Translations under genes and position numbers: made by a program | Source: an uncultured Chryseobacterium sp. | GTDB taxonomy: Bacteria > Bacteroidota > Bacteroidia > Palsa-965 | Length of the DNA: 64,000 bases | NCBI GenBank assembly: GCA_966211705.1 | Contig: CBIHOC010000024.1 | Location: 9,319-73,318 of the forward strand | Reading direction: 5' to 3' | The notes under the pieces: generated by a model | Seen by the model: the letters and a program-made list of their open reading frames with translations, nothing else | What the model was told of the DNA's origin: nothing | Database searches by the model: none | Shown: one piece after another, positions 51,001 to 61,700 of the stretch | Position numbering within the stretch: position 1 is the first letter of the stretch | Layout of the letters: each line of letters opens with the position of its first letter

Positions 51001-54000
51001 TGTGCGCAGGAACGTACACGCTGACGGTGACGGACGCGAACGGCTGCACGGCGAACCAGACTATTACCATCACGCAGCCGCCACCGCTCTCTGCGATCGT
51101 TACCAGCTCTACAGCAAGCTGCGGAAGCTGCAACGGTTCGGCAACGGTAAGTGTAAGCGGCGGAACTTCCCCGTATGCCTATTTCTGGACACCGGCCGGC
51201 GGCACGAACCCGACCGCAACCAATCTTTGCATCGGCAACTACACCTGCACGGTAACCGACGGGCAGGGCTGCACCACCACCGCGACGGTGACCATCGTGC
51301 AGGTGGTGAACATTACGATCACACCGTCGGCCAGCACGCCGAGCTGTTTCGGAAGCTGTGATGCCGTGGCAAGCGCCAACGCTGCGGGCGGCGCGCCACC
51401 GTATACGTACCTGTGGCAACCGGGGAACGTCGTTTCGCAAAACCTCACCGGGCTTTGCGCAGGCTCGTACACAGTTACCGCAACCGACGCGAACGGCTGC
51501 TTCAATTCCGACACGATCATTTTTACCAACCCGGCCCAGCTCGCGCCGACGCCTTCATTCACGAACGTAACGTGTAACGGCGCATGCGACGGAACCGCAT
51601 CCGTAAGCGTAACGGGCGGAACAGGCGGATACAGCTACCTGTGGTCGCCGGGAAATCAAACGACGGCTTCCATCTCCGGGCTTTGCCCGGGAACGTATTC
51701 GGTCACGATCGATGATGCGAACGGTTGTGATACGACTGTCGTTTTCAACATTACCGAACCGACGCTGATCACCGCAAACGAAACGAGCACACCGGCGAAC
51801 TGCACGCTCTGCGACGGAAGCATCACCACCTCGACATCCGGCGGTGTCGGGCCGTACACCTACAGCTGGGCGCCCGGCGGACAAACCACGCCATCCGTGA
51901 CGAATTTATGTCCCGGCGTTTACACCGTTACCATTACCGACGCGTCAGGCTGCCCGGTCAACATACCGATCGCAGTCAGCAACCTCAACGGACCGACACT
52001 TTCTTCATCCTCCACCAACGTCAGCTGTAACGGAGGTTCAGACGGAACGGCTACTGTGGTTGTTACCGGCGGCGCTGCACCGTTCACCTATGACTGGACA
52101 CCCGGCAGTCCCGCCGGCGATGGAACTCCGTCAGTGACAGGTCTTACTGCCGGAACATGGTTCGTGCAGGTCACCGACGCGGTCGGTTGCATCACGTTCG
52201 AGGCGTACACGATCACCGAGCCCCAGCCTTTGCAGGCGAACGCGACGATCACGAACGCCAGCTGCGGCGGCATTTGCGACGGTTCGATCTCGCTCGTCCC
52301 ATCGGGCGGAACAGGGCCGTTCACGTACAGCTGGACCGGCCCGTCGAGCTTCACGGCCACAACGGCAACCATTACCGGCCTCTGCGCAGGAACCTACACG
52401 GTGGACATTACCGACGCCAACAACTGCGTGGTGAACATGACGTTCGCCGTGACGGAACCGCTCACCGTTTCACCGAACGTCACATACACGGATATTACGT
52501 GTAACGGGGCAAGCAACGGAACAGCGCAGGCCAACGTCACGGGAGGAACCGCGCCATACAGCTATAGCTGGACGTCGGGCCAGCTCGTTTCTTCGGTCGT
52601 CAACCTTAGCCCGGGAAGTTATACCGTGACCGTGACCGATGCGAATGGTTGCAGCTCGCAGCAGAGCATTACAATAACAGAACCGCCTGCGCTCGTCAGC
52701 GTCATCACGTCGACCAATGCGCTCTGCAACGGCAGCTGCGACGGAACGGCATCGGTTTTTGCAGCAGGCGGATCGCCGGGATATGCGTTCCTGTGGTCGC
52801 CGGGCGGGCAAACCACTTCCGCGGTGAACGGGTTGTGCGCAGGTGCATATAGCGTCACCACTTCCGACACGAACGGCTGCACGTCGGTGCAATCGGTTAC
52901 GATCTTACAGCCCAATGCAATGACGTTGTCCACGAGCGTAAATGCGGTTTCCTGTTTCGGAAATTGCGACGGTGTGGCAATGGCGAACGCGAACGGCGGA
53001 ACACCGTCTTATTCATATAGCTGGGCGCCTTCCGGTGGAACAGCAGCAACCGCGACCGCGCTTTGCCCCGGCATTTACACGGTAACGCTTACGGATGCGA
53101 ACGGCTGCGTGCAGACAGCGACGGCGAACGTCACACAACCTGCGCAGCTCCAGTCGAACACAGGATTCACAAGCCCGCAATGCAACGGCAACTGCGACGG
53201 CGCTGCCTGGGCCAACCCGATCGGCGGGACCGGGCCGTTTACGTACCTGTGGGCAACCGGCGGGCAGACGACAGACACCATCACCAACCAATGCCCGGGA
53301 ACATACACCGTCACGGTGCGCGATGCGAACGGCTGCCAGGATGTTCAGACGGTGAATGTGCTCGCCACAACCCCCATGACCTTGTCGGTCGCCAGCGCGC
53401 CGGCCAACTGCGGATCCTGCAACGGCACGATCAACGTTGTTCCTTCGGGCGGAACAGGACCGTACACCTATTCATGGACCGGCGGCCTTCCGCCGCAGGC
53501 GAACCAGGTGAACGTCTGCGCGGGCGTTTATACCGTGACGGTTATCGACGCGATGTTATGCTCCGATACATTCGTCATCGCGCTCAACAACTCGGGCGGC
53601 CCGACCGGCGAAACCGTCGTCACTACCCCGGTCAGCTGTCCTTCCGGTTGCGACGGTACGGCAACTGTCACACCGGTCGGCGGAACTTCGCCGTACACGT
53701 ATTCCTGGATCCCCGGCGGGCAGACGGTGAACAGCCTCACGAACATGTGCGGCGGCAGCTACTTCCTGCAAGTGACCGACTCGAACGGCTGCATCCGCTT
53801 TTCGCCCGTGACGATCGCTGAACCCGCACCGATACTTGCCAACGCATTTGTGACCAACGCCTCCTGCTCCGGCATCTGCGACGGCGCGATCACCGTTACG
53901 CCTTCGGGCGGAACGGGCCCGTACACGTACGTATGGGCGCCCGGCGGGCAAACGACTGCGACGATCAGCAACCTTTGCACGGGAACGTACACCGTTTACA

Positions 54001-56417
54001 TCACCGACGCCGGCGGTTGTGTCGACAGCGCAACTGCCACGGTGAATCCATGGAACTCGCTTATTGCAGCCATTACATCGGCAAACCCAACCTGCAGCAA
54101 TCTCTGCAACGGAACTGCAACAGCCAACATTTCATCGGGAACTGCGCCGTTCATCTTCCAGTGGAATGATCCGCTCGGGCAAAGCGCGCAAACGGCCACA
54201 GGACTTTGCGCAGGAACTTATTCGGTGCTGGTGACGGATGCGGCAGGATGCAATTCCACAATCCCCGTTACACTTACCGGTCCCACGCCGATCGTAATTA
54301 ACCCTGCGATCACGCCGACGACCTGCGGACAGTGCAATGGAAGCGTTACGCTCAATGCCGCGGGCGGCACTGCGCCGTATTCGTACACGTGGAGCAACGG
54401 CGCGCCGACCTCTACCGTAAGCAACCTCTGTGCAGGCGTCTACACAGTGGACGTTTCGGATGCAACCGGCTGCACGGCTTCATTCACGATCAACATCAGC
54501 AGCAGCGGCGGACCGACAGCGACGAACGGAACGGTGACCAATGCTTCCTGCAGCGGCGTTTGCGACGGCGCGATCACGGTTGCGCCCGCCGGCGGAATTC
54601 TTCCGTACACCTACAACTGGTTGCCGGGCGGGCAGACCACGCCATCCGTCACCAGCCTCTGCGCGGGAACGTACACGGTGCAGGTCATGGATTCGGCCGG
54701 CTGCGTGCGCGTTGACAGCTTCAACATTACCGCACCGCCTGCAATTCTCCCGAACCAATCGATCACGAACGCGGATTGCGGGGTTTGCAACGGAAGCATC
54801 GTGCTTAACCCGACCGGCGGCACCGGGCCCTACACCTACAACTGGCTTCCCGGCGGACAAACAACATCTTCGATCACCGGCCAGTGCGGCGGCCTTTACA
54901 CGGTCACGATCACGGATGCGACCGGTTGCTCCGTCACGCAATCGGTCCCGGTGAGCAGCCTGAATTCCACGACAGCGATCACCGTGTCGGGCACAGATCT
55001 CAGCTGCGACGGAACATGCGATGGCTCAGCAACCGTTACGATCACCAGCGGAACCGGGCCGTTTACATTCAGCTGGAGTAATGGCGCGACGAACGACACG
55101 CTCACAGGTCTCTGCGCCGGAACGTATCTCGTGCAGGTCACGGACGGCGCCGGTTGCATAACGACGGCGCAGGTGACGATCACGCAGCCGCCGCCGCTTG
55201 CGGGTTCTTTCCTCTTCGTGCAGGATGAGCTTTGCACCGGCGCATGCGATGGTTTCATTACGGCAATCCCTTCCGGCGGAACGTTGCCGTACCAGTATAG
55301 CTGGAGCACTTCACCGGCACAAACCACGGCGACTGCGGTGAACCTGTGCAACGGCATATACACAGTGACAATAACGGATGCGAACGGCTGCTCCATCGTG
55401 CAAAGCGACACCATCGTTTCCCCGGTCGTGCTGGTGCAAGGCGTGCCCGTTGTGACGGACGCAATCTGCAGCAACTCGCCCGACGGCGCGATCGATATTA
55501 CGATCACCGGCGGCGCATTGCCGTACACGTATTCATGGACCGGTCCTGCGCCGTTCGTGGCGAATACGGAAGACGTCACCGGCCTCTATGCGGGAACTTA
55601 TACGGTGGTCATTACCGATGCGAACGGTTGCCAGGTTTCGGACACGATCACCGTCAACGCGACGACGACGGTAATTGCGAATGCAGGCAGCGACACTACT
55701 TCCTGCCAGCTGGGAAGTGTGACGCTTGACGGAACGGGAAGCATAAACGCGCTGTCGTACCAATGGATCGAGCTTCCGTCGATGACGGTGGTCGGAACGA
55801 CGGCGAACCCGACGGTGAACCCGCCGGCAGGAGCGACATCGTATGTGCTCATCGTGACGAACGGCATCTGCACGGATTCCGACACGGTAACGGTCACCAC
55901 GCTGACACCGCCGGTTGCCAACGCAGGCCCGGACGTGGAAATTATTACGGGCATGACGGCAACGATCGGCGGAACACCGACCGGTCCTTCCGGCTCGACA
56001 TACGCATGGGGCCCGTCGACCGGCCTGGGCGACCCGACGCAGGGAAACCCGGTGGCATCGCCGTCCGCGACGACAACTTACACCGTGGTCGTCACGGATG
56101 CGAACGGCTGCACCGACAGCGACACGATGACGGTGATCGTGGTTCCCGAGATCGATTTCCCGAACGGCTTCACGCCGAACGGCGACGGCATCAACGACGT
56201 GTGGGTGATCGACAACATTTATCTTTTCCCGAATTGCCAGGTGGAAGTGTACAACCGCTGGGGTGAATTGCTTTTCGTATCCATCGGCTACAACACGCCG
56301 TGGGATGGAAGGTATGACGGGAAAGATCTTCCTGTCGGCACATATTATTACATCATCCAGCTGAACGACCCGATGTTCCCTGAAGTCTACACCGGTCCGA
56401 TCACGATCATCCGTTAA
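48087..56417 (+). CDS. Giant (2776 aa) SprB-repeat cell-surface adhesin with T9SS type-B (CHU_C) C-terminal sorting domain
   Basis: Signal peptide. More than 30 tandem ~75-80-aa repeats of the form C.G.CDG.A...SGGT.PYTY.W.PGG.TT......LC.GTYT.TVTD.NGC. C-terminus EIDFPNGFTPNGDGINDVWVI...VYNRWGELLF...PWDGRYDGK. A PorP/SprF gene follows. Confidence 0.9.
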   Translation: MKQRLPAFILSLFIATTLFAEDRYWVGGSGSWHDAAHWSGVPYGKGGAGVPTANDRVYIGYAGGHQHDTITVNGIADCGGINYNRTPSEIGIENAAILLAGNGEINVNGSLYFAKPFADLFTGTWKFLDRNACFRDSSVPEIETSGHVFTGKIVFASPESTESSGCLNSWMVKDQLYVNNTIEAQKGSQLIVPENAKVAAPNVARHAEGELLVQGGTVIDGSTQRVHSPNSPQSHTVTTVIVPNLCNGNCNATATAVVTGGSGSFSYQWSNAQTTQTATNLCAGTYLVVVTDLVNGDQIPAFAIVTDPPPLVIFFFNTPATCFGNCDGTSSATVAGGTPGYTYAWSPAPGGGQGTPNATGLCAGIYTLTVTDSNGCQISMQSIILQPALLIDNGTFTNVSCFGFCDGTASVAPTGGTAPYTYDWLPGSPIGDGTPNISNLCPGTYTCNITDANGCTDSYVATITQPQPLQATLSSTNASCFGVCDGTASSTVSGGTTPYNYNWMPGNLNTPNITGLCAGTYTLTVTDNNGCVTTQQVTVTEPNQLNVTPTGINIACFATCTGIASANASGGTPGYAYSWAPAGGTGPVANNLCPDTYTVTVTDTNGCTTNGTVVITEPTQLFGNAAGTDITCFGACNGSATANPSGGTGPYTYLWMPGNLTTQTISNLCPGTYTVTVTDANNCSDPEVVTITEPTQLQTNAVSNMVSCFGACDGTATASPSGGTPGYTYLWMPGGQTTPSVSGWCPGTYTLTVTDANGCTRNQVITITQPNQLTVGINATSISCNSACSAVLSATVSGGTPVFTYSWAPGGQTTPSISNQCAGSYTVDITDANGCTTTNSISITQPTPFQITTTVTDVTCNNLCNGAITVSVSGSSPPYTYSWAPGGQTTPTINGLCAGSYTLTINDASGCDSTIVVTVTEPTQITTNATFTNATCSGVCNGTAAAVPSGGTGPYTYLWMPGSLNTPSVSGLCAGTYTLTVTDANGCTANQTITITQPPPLSAIVTSSTASCGSCNGSATVSVSGGTSPYAYFWTPAGGTNPTATNLCIGNYTCTVTDGQGCTTTATVTIVQVVNITITPSASTPSCFGSCDAVASANAAGGAPPYTYLWQPGNVVSQNLTGLCAGSYTVTATDANGCFNSDTIIFTNPAQLAPTPSFTNVTCNGACDGTASVSVTGGTGGYSYLWSPGNQTTASISGLCPGTYSVTIDDANGCDTTVVFNITEPTLITANETSTPANCTLCDGSITTSTSGGVGPYTYSWAPGGQTTPSVTNLCPGVYTVTITDASGCPVNIPIAVSNLNGPTLSSSSTNVSCNGGSDGTATVVVTGGAAPFTYDWTPGSPAGDGTPSVTGLTAGTWFVQVTDAVGCITFEAYTITEPQPLQANATITNASCGGICDGSISLVPSGGTGPFTYSWTGPSSFTATTATITGLCAGTYTVDITDANNCVVNMTFAVTEPLTVSPNVTYTDITCNGASNGTAQANVTGGTAPYSYSWTSGQLVSSVVNLSPGSYTVTVTDANGCSSQQSITITEPPALVSVITSTNALCNGSCDGTASVFAAGGSPGYAFLWSPGGQTTSAVNGLCAGAYSVTTSDTNGCTSVQSVTILQPNAMTLSTSVNAVSCFGNCDGVAMANANGGTPSYSYSWAPSGGTAATATALCPGIYTVTLTDANGCVQTATANVTQPAQLQSNTGFTSPQCNGNCDGAAWANPIGGTGPFTYLWATGGQTTDTITNQCPGTYTVTVRDANGCQDVQTVNVLATTPMTLSVASAPANCGSCNGTINVVPSGGTGPYTYSWTGGLPPQANQVNVCAGVYTVTVIDAMLCSDTFVIALNNSGGPTGETVVTTPVSCPSGCDGTATVTPVGGTSPYTYSWIPGGQTVNSLTNMCGGSYFLQVTDSNGCIRFSPVTIAEPAPILANAFVTNASCSGICDGAITVTPSGGTGPYTYVWAPGGQTTATISNLCTGTYTVYITDAGGCVDSATATVNPWNSLIAAITSANPTCSNLCNGTATANISSGTAPFIFQWNDPLGQSAQTATGLCAGTYSVLVTDAAGCNSTIPVTLTGPTPIVINPAITPTTCGQCNGSVTLNAAGGTAPYSYTWSNGAPTSTVSNLCAGVYTVDVSDATGCTASFTINISSSGGPTATNGTVTNASCSGVCDGAITVAPAGGILPYTYNWLPGGQTTPSVTSLCAGTYTVQVMDSAGCVRVDSFNITAPPAILPNQSITNADCGVCNGSIVLNPTGGTGPYTYNWLPGGQTTSSITGQCGGLYTVTITDATGCSVTQSVPVSSLNSTTAITVSGTDLSCDGTCDGSATVTITSGTGPFTFSWSNGATNDTLTGLCAGTYLVQVTDGAGCITTAQVTITQPPPLAGSFLFVQDELCTGACDGFITAIPSGGTLPYQYSWSTSPAQTTATAVNLCNGIYTVTITDANGCSIVQSDTIVSPVVLVQGVPVVTDAICSNSPDGAIDITITGGALPYTYSWTGPAPFVANTEDVTGLYAGTYTVVITDANGCQVSDTITVNATTTVIANAGSDTTSCQLGSVTLDGTGSINALSYQWIELPSMTVVGTTANPTVNPPAGATSYVLIVTNGICTDSDTVTVTTLTPPVANAGPDVEIITGMTATIGGTPTGPSGSTYAWGPSTGLGDPTQGNPVASPSATTTYTVVVTDANGCTDSDTMTVIVVPEIDFPNGFTPNGDGINDVWVIDNIYLFPNCQVEVYNRWGELLFVSIGYNTPWDGRYDGKDLPVGTYYYIIQLNDPMFPEVYTGPITIIR

Positions 56418-56425
56418 CACAGCAA

Positions 56426-57352
56426 GTGATGAAAAAACTGTTTACACTTCTCGCTTTTTTCCCGCTCGCTCTTTTCGCGCAGCAGCTGCCGCATTACAGC
56501 CAGTACATGCTGAACGATTACGTGATGAACCCGGCGATCGGCGGGAAGAACAATTATTTCGTCGGCATGTCGGCCAACCGTTACCAGTGGAGCGGCATCA
56601 CCGACGCGCCGCGCACATACATCCTGAGCGTTCACGGGCCGCTGAAGTACGATCACATGGGCGTAGGCGGCCAACTGTTCACCGACATCGTGGGACCGAC
56701 GCGCCGCACGGGATTTTATTTGTCGTACGCCTATCACGCCCCGCTCAACGAAAAGCTGAAGCTTTCTTTCGGCTTATCCGCCGGCATCCTGCAGTTCATG
56801 GTCGACGGGCAGAAGATCAACCTGCACGACCCGGGTGACCTGACGATCATGAATTCCCTGCAGTCGGTGCTGACGCCGGATTTCAGCGCAGGATTTTACC
56901 TGCACCATGAACGTTTCTGGATAGGCGCATCGTGTTTACAGATCCAACAGAACAAGCTGAAATTTTTCGAATACATGTCGAACACGACGAGCGTGATGAA
57001 CCGCCATTATTACGGCATGCTCGGCTACCGGCAGCCCATCGGCGAGGATTTCGTGCTCGAGCCTTCCGCGCTGCTCAAGTTCGTCAACCCGGCGCCGTTC
57101 CAGTTCGACATCGGCCTGCGCGCGATTTACAAGGAGAAATTCTGGCTGGGCGGCTCGTTCCGCAACCGGGATGCGTTCGCTGCGTACATGGGATTCATCA
57201 TCAAAGAAAACCTGACGCTCGGCTACGCGCACGATTTCACCACGACAAACCTGAGGAACTACAGCACCGGCACGCACGAGCTGGTGATCGGCGTGCGCTT
57301 TAACAAGCAGGGGTGGGCGAAGAGCGACGGTTCGCAGATGCAGTTCAACTGA
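56426..57352 (+). CDS. T9SS membrane protein of the PorP/SprF family
   Basis: Signal peptide, PHYSQYMLNDYVMNPAIGG N-terminal motif, 308 aa, 9 nt after the adhesin stop. Confidence 0.85.
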   Translation: MMKKLFTLLAFFPLALFAQQLPHYSQYMLNDYVMNPAIGGKNNYFVGMSANRYQWSGITDAPRTYILSVHGPLKYDHMGVGGQLFTDIVGPTRRTGFYLSYAYHAPLNEKLKLSFGLSAGILQFMVDGQKINLHDPGDLTIMNSLQSVLTPDFSAGFYLHHERFWIGASCLQIQQNKLKFFEYMSNTTSVMNRHYYGMLGYRQPIGEDFVLEPSALLKFVNPAPFQFDIGLRAIYKEKFWLGGSFRNRDAFAAYMGFIIKENLTLGYAHDFTTTNLRNYSTGTHELVIGVRFNKQGWAKSDGSQMQFN

Positions 57353-57466
57353 GCTCTATTTCCAAAAGAGATTCAAACTTCTCTGTTTATTAGCATCTGC
57401 ACCTGATCTGATCCGGTATTCGGTTTGGCCAGGATTATACTTAGTTTCCCATTCTTCATTAAGATC

Positions 57467-58726
57467 TTACAATTCACCCAGGTAATGGAATGAGCTTACC
57501 TGGTCATATTCATCATACTGCCGGAATTGTCCTTGCTTATCAATAAACCCTTTTTTGCCATTTTTAGTCACTTTAGCCATGCCACCGGAAAAAGAGGAGG
57601 CGTTTTCATACTCAAACGGAAGTACAACTTTTCCACTGTGATCGATAAATCCATACTTGCCGGCAACGTTTTTCACATGCGCAAGACTATCAGAAAACTG
57701 GTATGCATAAGCAAATTGCAAAGGGATTACTACCTTTCCTGATGTGTCGATGAATCCAAATTTACCGTCTTTTCTGACCGAACATAGTCCTTCTTTGATC
57801 CCAAACATCACTTCATATCTGGGAGGAACTATAGTGTCTCCTGATCCGGACAGTAACCCGTACTTGTGATTTGCGTACGAAAAAAAAATCGCCATGTCGA
57901 GGTCACTGTCATACAGCCATGTGCTGTCAGCGATTTCTCGGATCACCAGGCCCGCTGTATCGATCAGCATTTTTCTCGTGACATAATTTCGAACACTGTC
58001 ATCAAATACCTTACGAATTACGAAAGCCGTGCGTTTATTATCAAAAGCTCTTCCTTCATCATATATACATGGGATCACCAATTTCCCGTTCCGATTTACA
58101 AACCCTATTTTACGTGTGTGCGGATCTATTACGAGTAACCTGTTGCAATGAAATTCGAACGTAGCAACCATTTCCGGAGCGATATCCTTATCTAACATAT
58201 CAGGTGAAATAACGACTTCCCCGGATGTGTCCACGAATGCCAGGCGAAAATGTTGTGGTCCGTTCTTTTTCGAAAGACCGATAGCGGCTAAGTTTTCGTT
58301 AAAGCGACCCAGTCCCTCTACTTCATATTCATTATTAATTCTGACTGTTTTTATTTTATTATTATTTTTTGTAATAATCCAAACGTCATTTCCTAGCCTG
58401 ACCATCGCGCGGCCCTCTCCGAATCTTGCTGCTTCATCATACATGAGCGGTATCGCCAGGTTCCCCAGTGAGTCATAAAACCCCTGCTTACCATTTTCGC
58501 AAACACCATAAAAACCTTCACTCCAGCCTGAAGAACTATAGTTGACAGGGGAAAACCGACATGGTACTATCTCTTTGCCTTCGGCGTTGATATACCCGAA
58601 CTGTTCATTGGTGCCGTTCCTTTTCCTTACTTCAGCTACGGAAATCGGGCCTGTTTTCGTCTCCGTGCAAGAAAAAAAAATCGAGGAGAACGTTGTAAAA
58701 AAAAATAGTTGTCTCAGATATCTCAT
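57467..58726 (-). CDS. WG-repeat (KWG-type beta-repeat) lipoprotein
   Basis: Start refined to MRYLRQLFFFTTFSSIFFSC (lipobox-like Cys). Repeated GKxGFID/YGFIDxSGKVVIP motifs of the WG_beta_rep family. AT-richer than the surrounding genome. Confidence 0.75.
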   Translation of the reverse strand: MRYLRQLFFFTTFSSIFFSCTETKTGPISVAEVRKRNGTNEQFGYINAEGKEIVPCRFSPVNYSSSGWSEGFYGVCENGKQGFYDSLGNLAIPLMYDEAARFGEGRAMVRLGNDVWIITKNNNKIKTVRINNEYEVEGLGRFNENLAAIGLSKKNGPQHFRLAFVDTSGEVVISPDMLDKDIAPEMVATFEFHCNRLLVIDPHTRKIGFVNRNGKLVIPCIYDEGRAFDNKRTAFVIRKVFDDSVRNYVTRKMLIDTAGLVIREIADSTWLYDSDLDMAIFFSYANHKYGLLSGSGDTIVPPRYEVMFGIKEGLCSVRKDGKFGFIDTSGKVVIPLQFAYAYQFSDSLAHVKNVAGKYGFIDHSGKVVLPFEYENASSFSGGMAKVTKNGKKGFIDKQGQFRQYDEYDQVSSFHYLGEL

Positions 58727-58751
58727 GGTCTGTAAAAGTAGGACATCCTCT

Positions 58752-61700
58752 CTATTTCTCATTTTTCTCGACAACAGGCACAGGAGTCCACCAGCGACGT
58801 TTATAATACCAGGAGAACTCCGCACCGGCATTCCACCCGATCTTGTGCTTTTTGGTCCCGTCGGCAAGCTCGATATCCGTAAGCCAGAACCCCTCGACCA
58901 ACTGTATCCGAGCATAGGGCTCATCGCCGTGATAGAGCGGAGTCCCGACCGCAGTGTACACGCTGACGATCTTCACCGGTACTTTGTCATAAAATTTGCC
59001 TAACCCGCCTTTAAACGAAACATGGAAGTTCACCCACACCGCCACTTCGCTCTGCCTGTATATTTCGAGCACCTTGGGATCGTCGAACCCTCCTTCGAAA
59101 TAAACGTCGGCGCCGATCGCGGAGGGTTGTGTGACAGACAATGTTTCGTTGCTTGCGTTGACCGCGGTTTCATTGCTCCCGGCATTTTTATTTTTAGGCA
59201 ATGTGTCGATCCTGGTCGGATAGCTAACGGTCGTATTGTCTTTTTGTTCACGCTTAACCAGGTCCGGCGGCGGCGCAACCGGTTTAATGACGGAAAGCTT
59301 TTTGTAGGGTGTGTCCGTGAACCCTGCTCCATAGGGAGAAATCATTTTGCCGGAATCGGTCAGCACGGAATTATACGACCTGAGGTCGTCGACATTGACA
59401 AGCGCATAACCGCCTGTGTTAAGCGCGTAGTTATACCTGGTGTGGGTTCCGGACGTTTCCATCGATTCGTAGCTGGCGGTGACAATGTAATAATCCATCA
59501 GCAACTCCAGGGTATACGCATCGGCAGCCTGCACCAGCACATAATCGTCGGGGTCGCCGGGATAATGATCCCGGAATGGTTGCCAACTTTGCATGTAATT
59601 AATTTCTGCTTTCCTGAACATGGGTATCCTGTTCTCCATCGTTTTTTCGCCGGTTATCGTTTCCGCCTCGTCCAGTTCGATCGGTTTTGTCCTGAAGTAG
59701 CGGTTGATCGTATATACCGATTCGTCTGTGGAGAACAGCTCCTCATCGCTGTCCATCATATCGAACTGCTGCTGTTCGGCCTGCCTCGCCAGGTGATATA
59801 ACCCGTCGAGCATCTCCTGCTGCTCCTCGCTATAGAAGGAAACCCTTTTCTCATCCCTTGCGAGCCACACATTGTAGCCCCATTTCCCTTCAAGGTAGTG
59901 CAGGCGCCGGTTGCCGGATTCGTCGGTGATATAAGCGAACCACGATTTCAGGTCGAGCACTTCGGCGAACATATCATAAAATACGGCCTCCATACCTCCA
60001 TTATCATAGGTCAGATCGCCTTCGACCACTGCATGGAATCCTTCTACGGATGTGATATTTGCAAAACGGGGATCGTCAACGAGCGCGGCTTTGATCCGGT
60101 CTTCATTCGACATGTTTTCGGTACCGGCGATCTGCTCGTTATCATCATCAAGCAGCATGACCCCGGGTTCAATTCCTTTATCCTTCCACCAGCGTATTTC
60201 GCTCTGTCCTGCCAGGTCTATTTTGGATCGTTCGATATCCTCCATCGCATCCGCAATTTCCTCGTTTTCCATGTACTCACGCGTCATATCCAACAATTGC
60301 ACGATCAGGAAGAACCAGGCAGCGCCCTTTGTGCCAGCCGATGGCGTCGCGGTTCTTGCACTTTTCTCTACCATTTGTTCCAGCTCAACCTGCCTTTTCG
60401 TCACCCTGTTCATTTCCTGTACCGTCCTGCTGTACAGCTGCATTTCCCTTTCACCCGAGCTCAGCTTCGTTCTTCCCAGTTTGTTTCGCATACTTAACGT
60501 AGCCTTGGCCCATACCATCGCATATTGAAACGCCTCCTTCATGAATGTTGTGCCGACAACCATTCCCGCCTGTTGCACGACACTCATCTGGTACGCTTTT
60601 GCTTTCGCCAGTGCGCCCAGGTCTTTCCGTGCCGTCGCATCCCTGATCATTGCGGATGAAAAGGAGATCATCTGCGTGAAGGTCATCACGGACAAATTAT
60701 CGATGTATTCTTTTTCCAGCTTTTCGAACTCCGCCTTGCCCATAGCCTGCTCGACTTTGTTGGCTGCCGCTGTCACCTGTGTCATGTCCATTTCCCCTGA
60801 TCTCAAGCCTCCGGGGTTTGCTTCACCTGCTTTTATCATCTCCAGCCAGAAAGCATTGATCGATGTCTTCAGGCGTGAAATGGGATCCGGAAGACGGGAG
60901 GTGAAATCGGCCAGTGAAGCCGTATAAGTGCTCAGAAGGGTTTTCCCGCCTCCTTTTTCCTGCTTGAGCTGGGGATCAAGAATGCCTTTCAGCATGGTAA
61001 TGTTGCGATGAATCTCCTGGAGCTGGGAAAGCTTCAGTTGAGCGGCCTGCATGCGGGTGATCGTTTCCTTATCCGCGTAGAACCGGTTAAAAAGTCCGCC
61101 GAAATCGACCGTATATTTTTTGCCTCCTTCGTATTTCTTCGTTTTCGAATTTTCAGTTACGGGTTCACTTTTGATGATCTCGGCTTCCTGCAAAATGGTT
61201 ACGGTCCCGGAGGGGGACGATTCAGCGCCCGCTTTCTGCTGGGCGAACATGTTGAGGTTCCCTCCGCTCGCTTCGAAGCTCAGGCGCAGCAGCTCGATCA
61301 TGCCCTTGACGTCTCCTTTCCCTACTTTGCCTCCATGGTGCGCATGCTCCAGCACACGGAGATTCGTTCCGCCCGCTCCCATCAGCTTTATCATTACTTC
61401 GGGCGTTATCGCGTTGATGATCTTCTCCATCCCTTTTCCCGTGAGGTCAGACGTAAAGACCATGCTTGTTCCCAGGGAAAGGTCGTACAGGATGGTAATC
61501 GGGCTCGTTTCATTCACGGTCATTTTCTCCGTGTTCTTCGGGTTCAGGCGCATCTCGATCATCTTGAGCCCATTCATGACGCGCTGTGTCATGTTGACGT
61601 CGCCTCCTTCCACCCGGATTTCCAGAATATTCTCCCCGGCTACGCGCTGCACGTATGCCGTTTTCCATGCCGCAAGGCCTTTGATGTTTTCTTCGTATTT

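Noticed and set aside
48114-56420. Dozens of 70-300-aa ORFs on both strands inside the giant adhesin gene
   Set aside because: Same repeat-driven artefact. A single 8.3-kb frame with signal peptide, regular repeats and a C-terminal sorting domain explains the locus.
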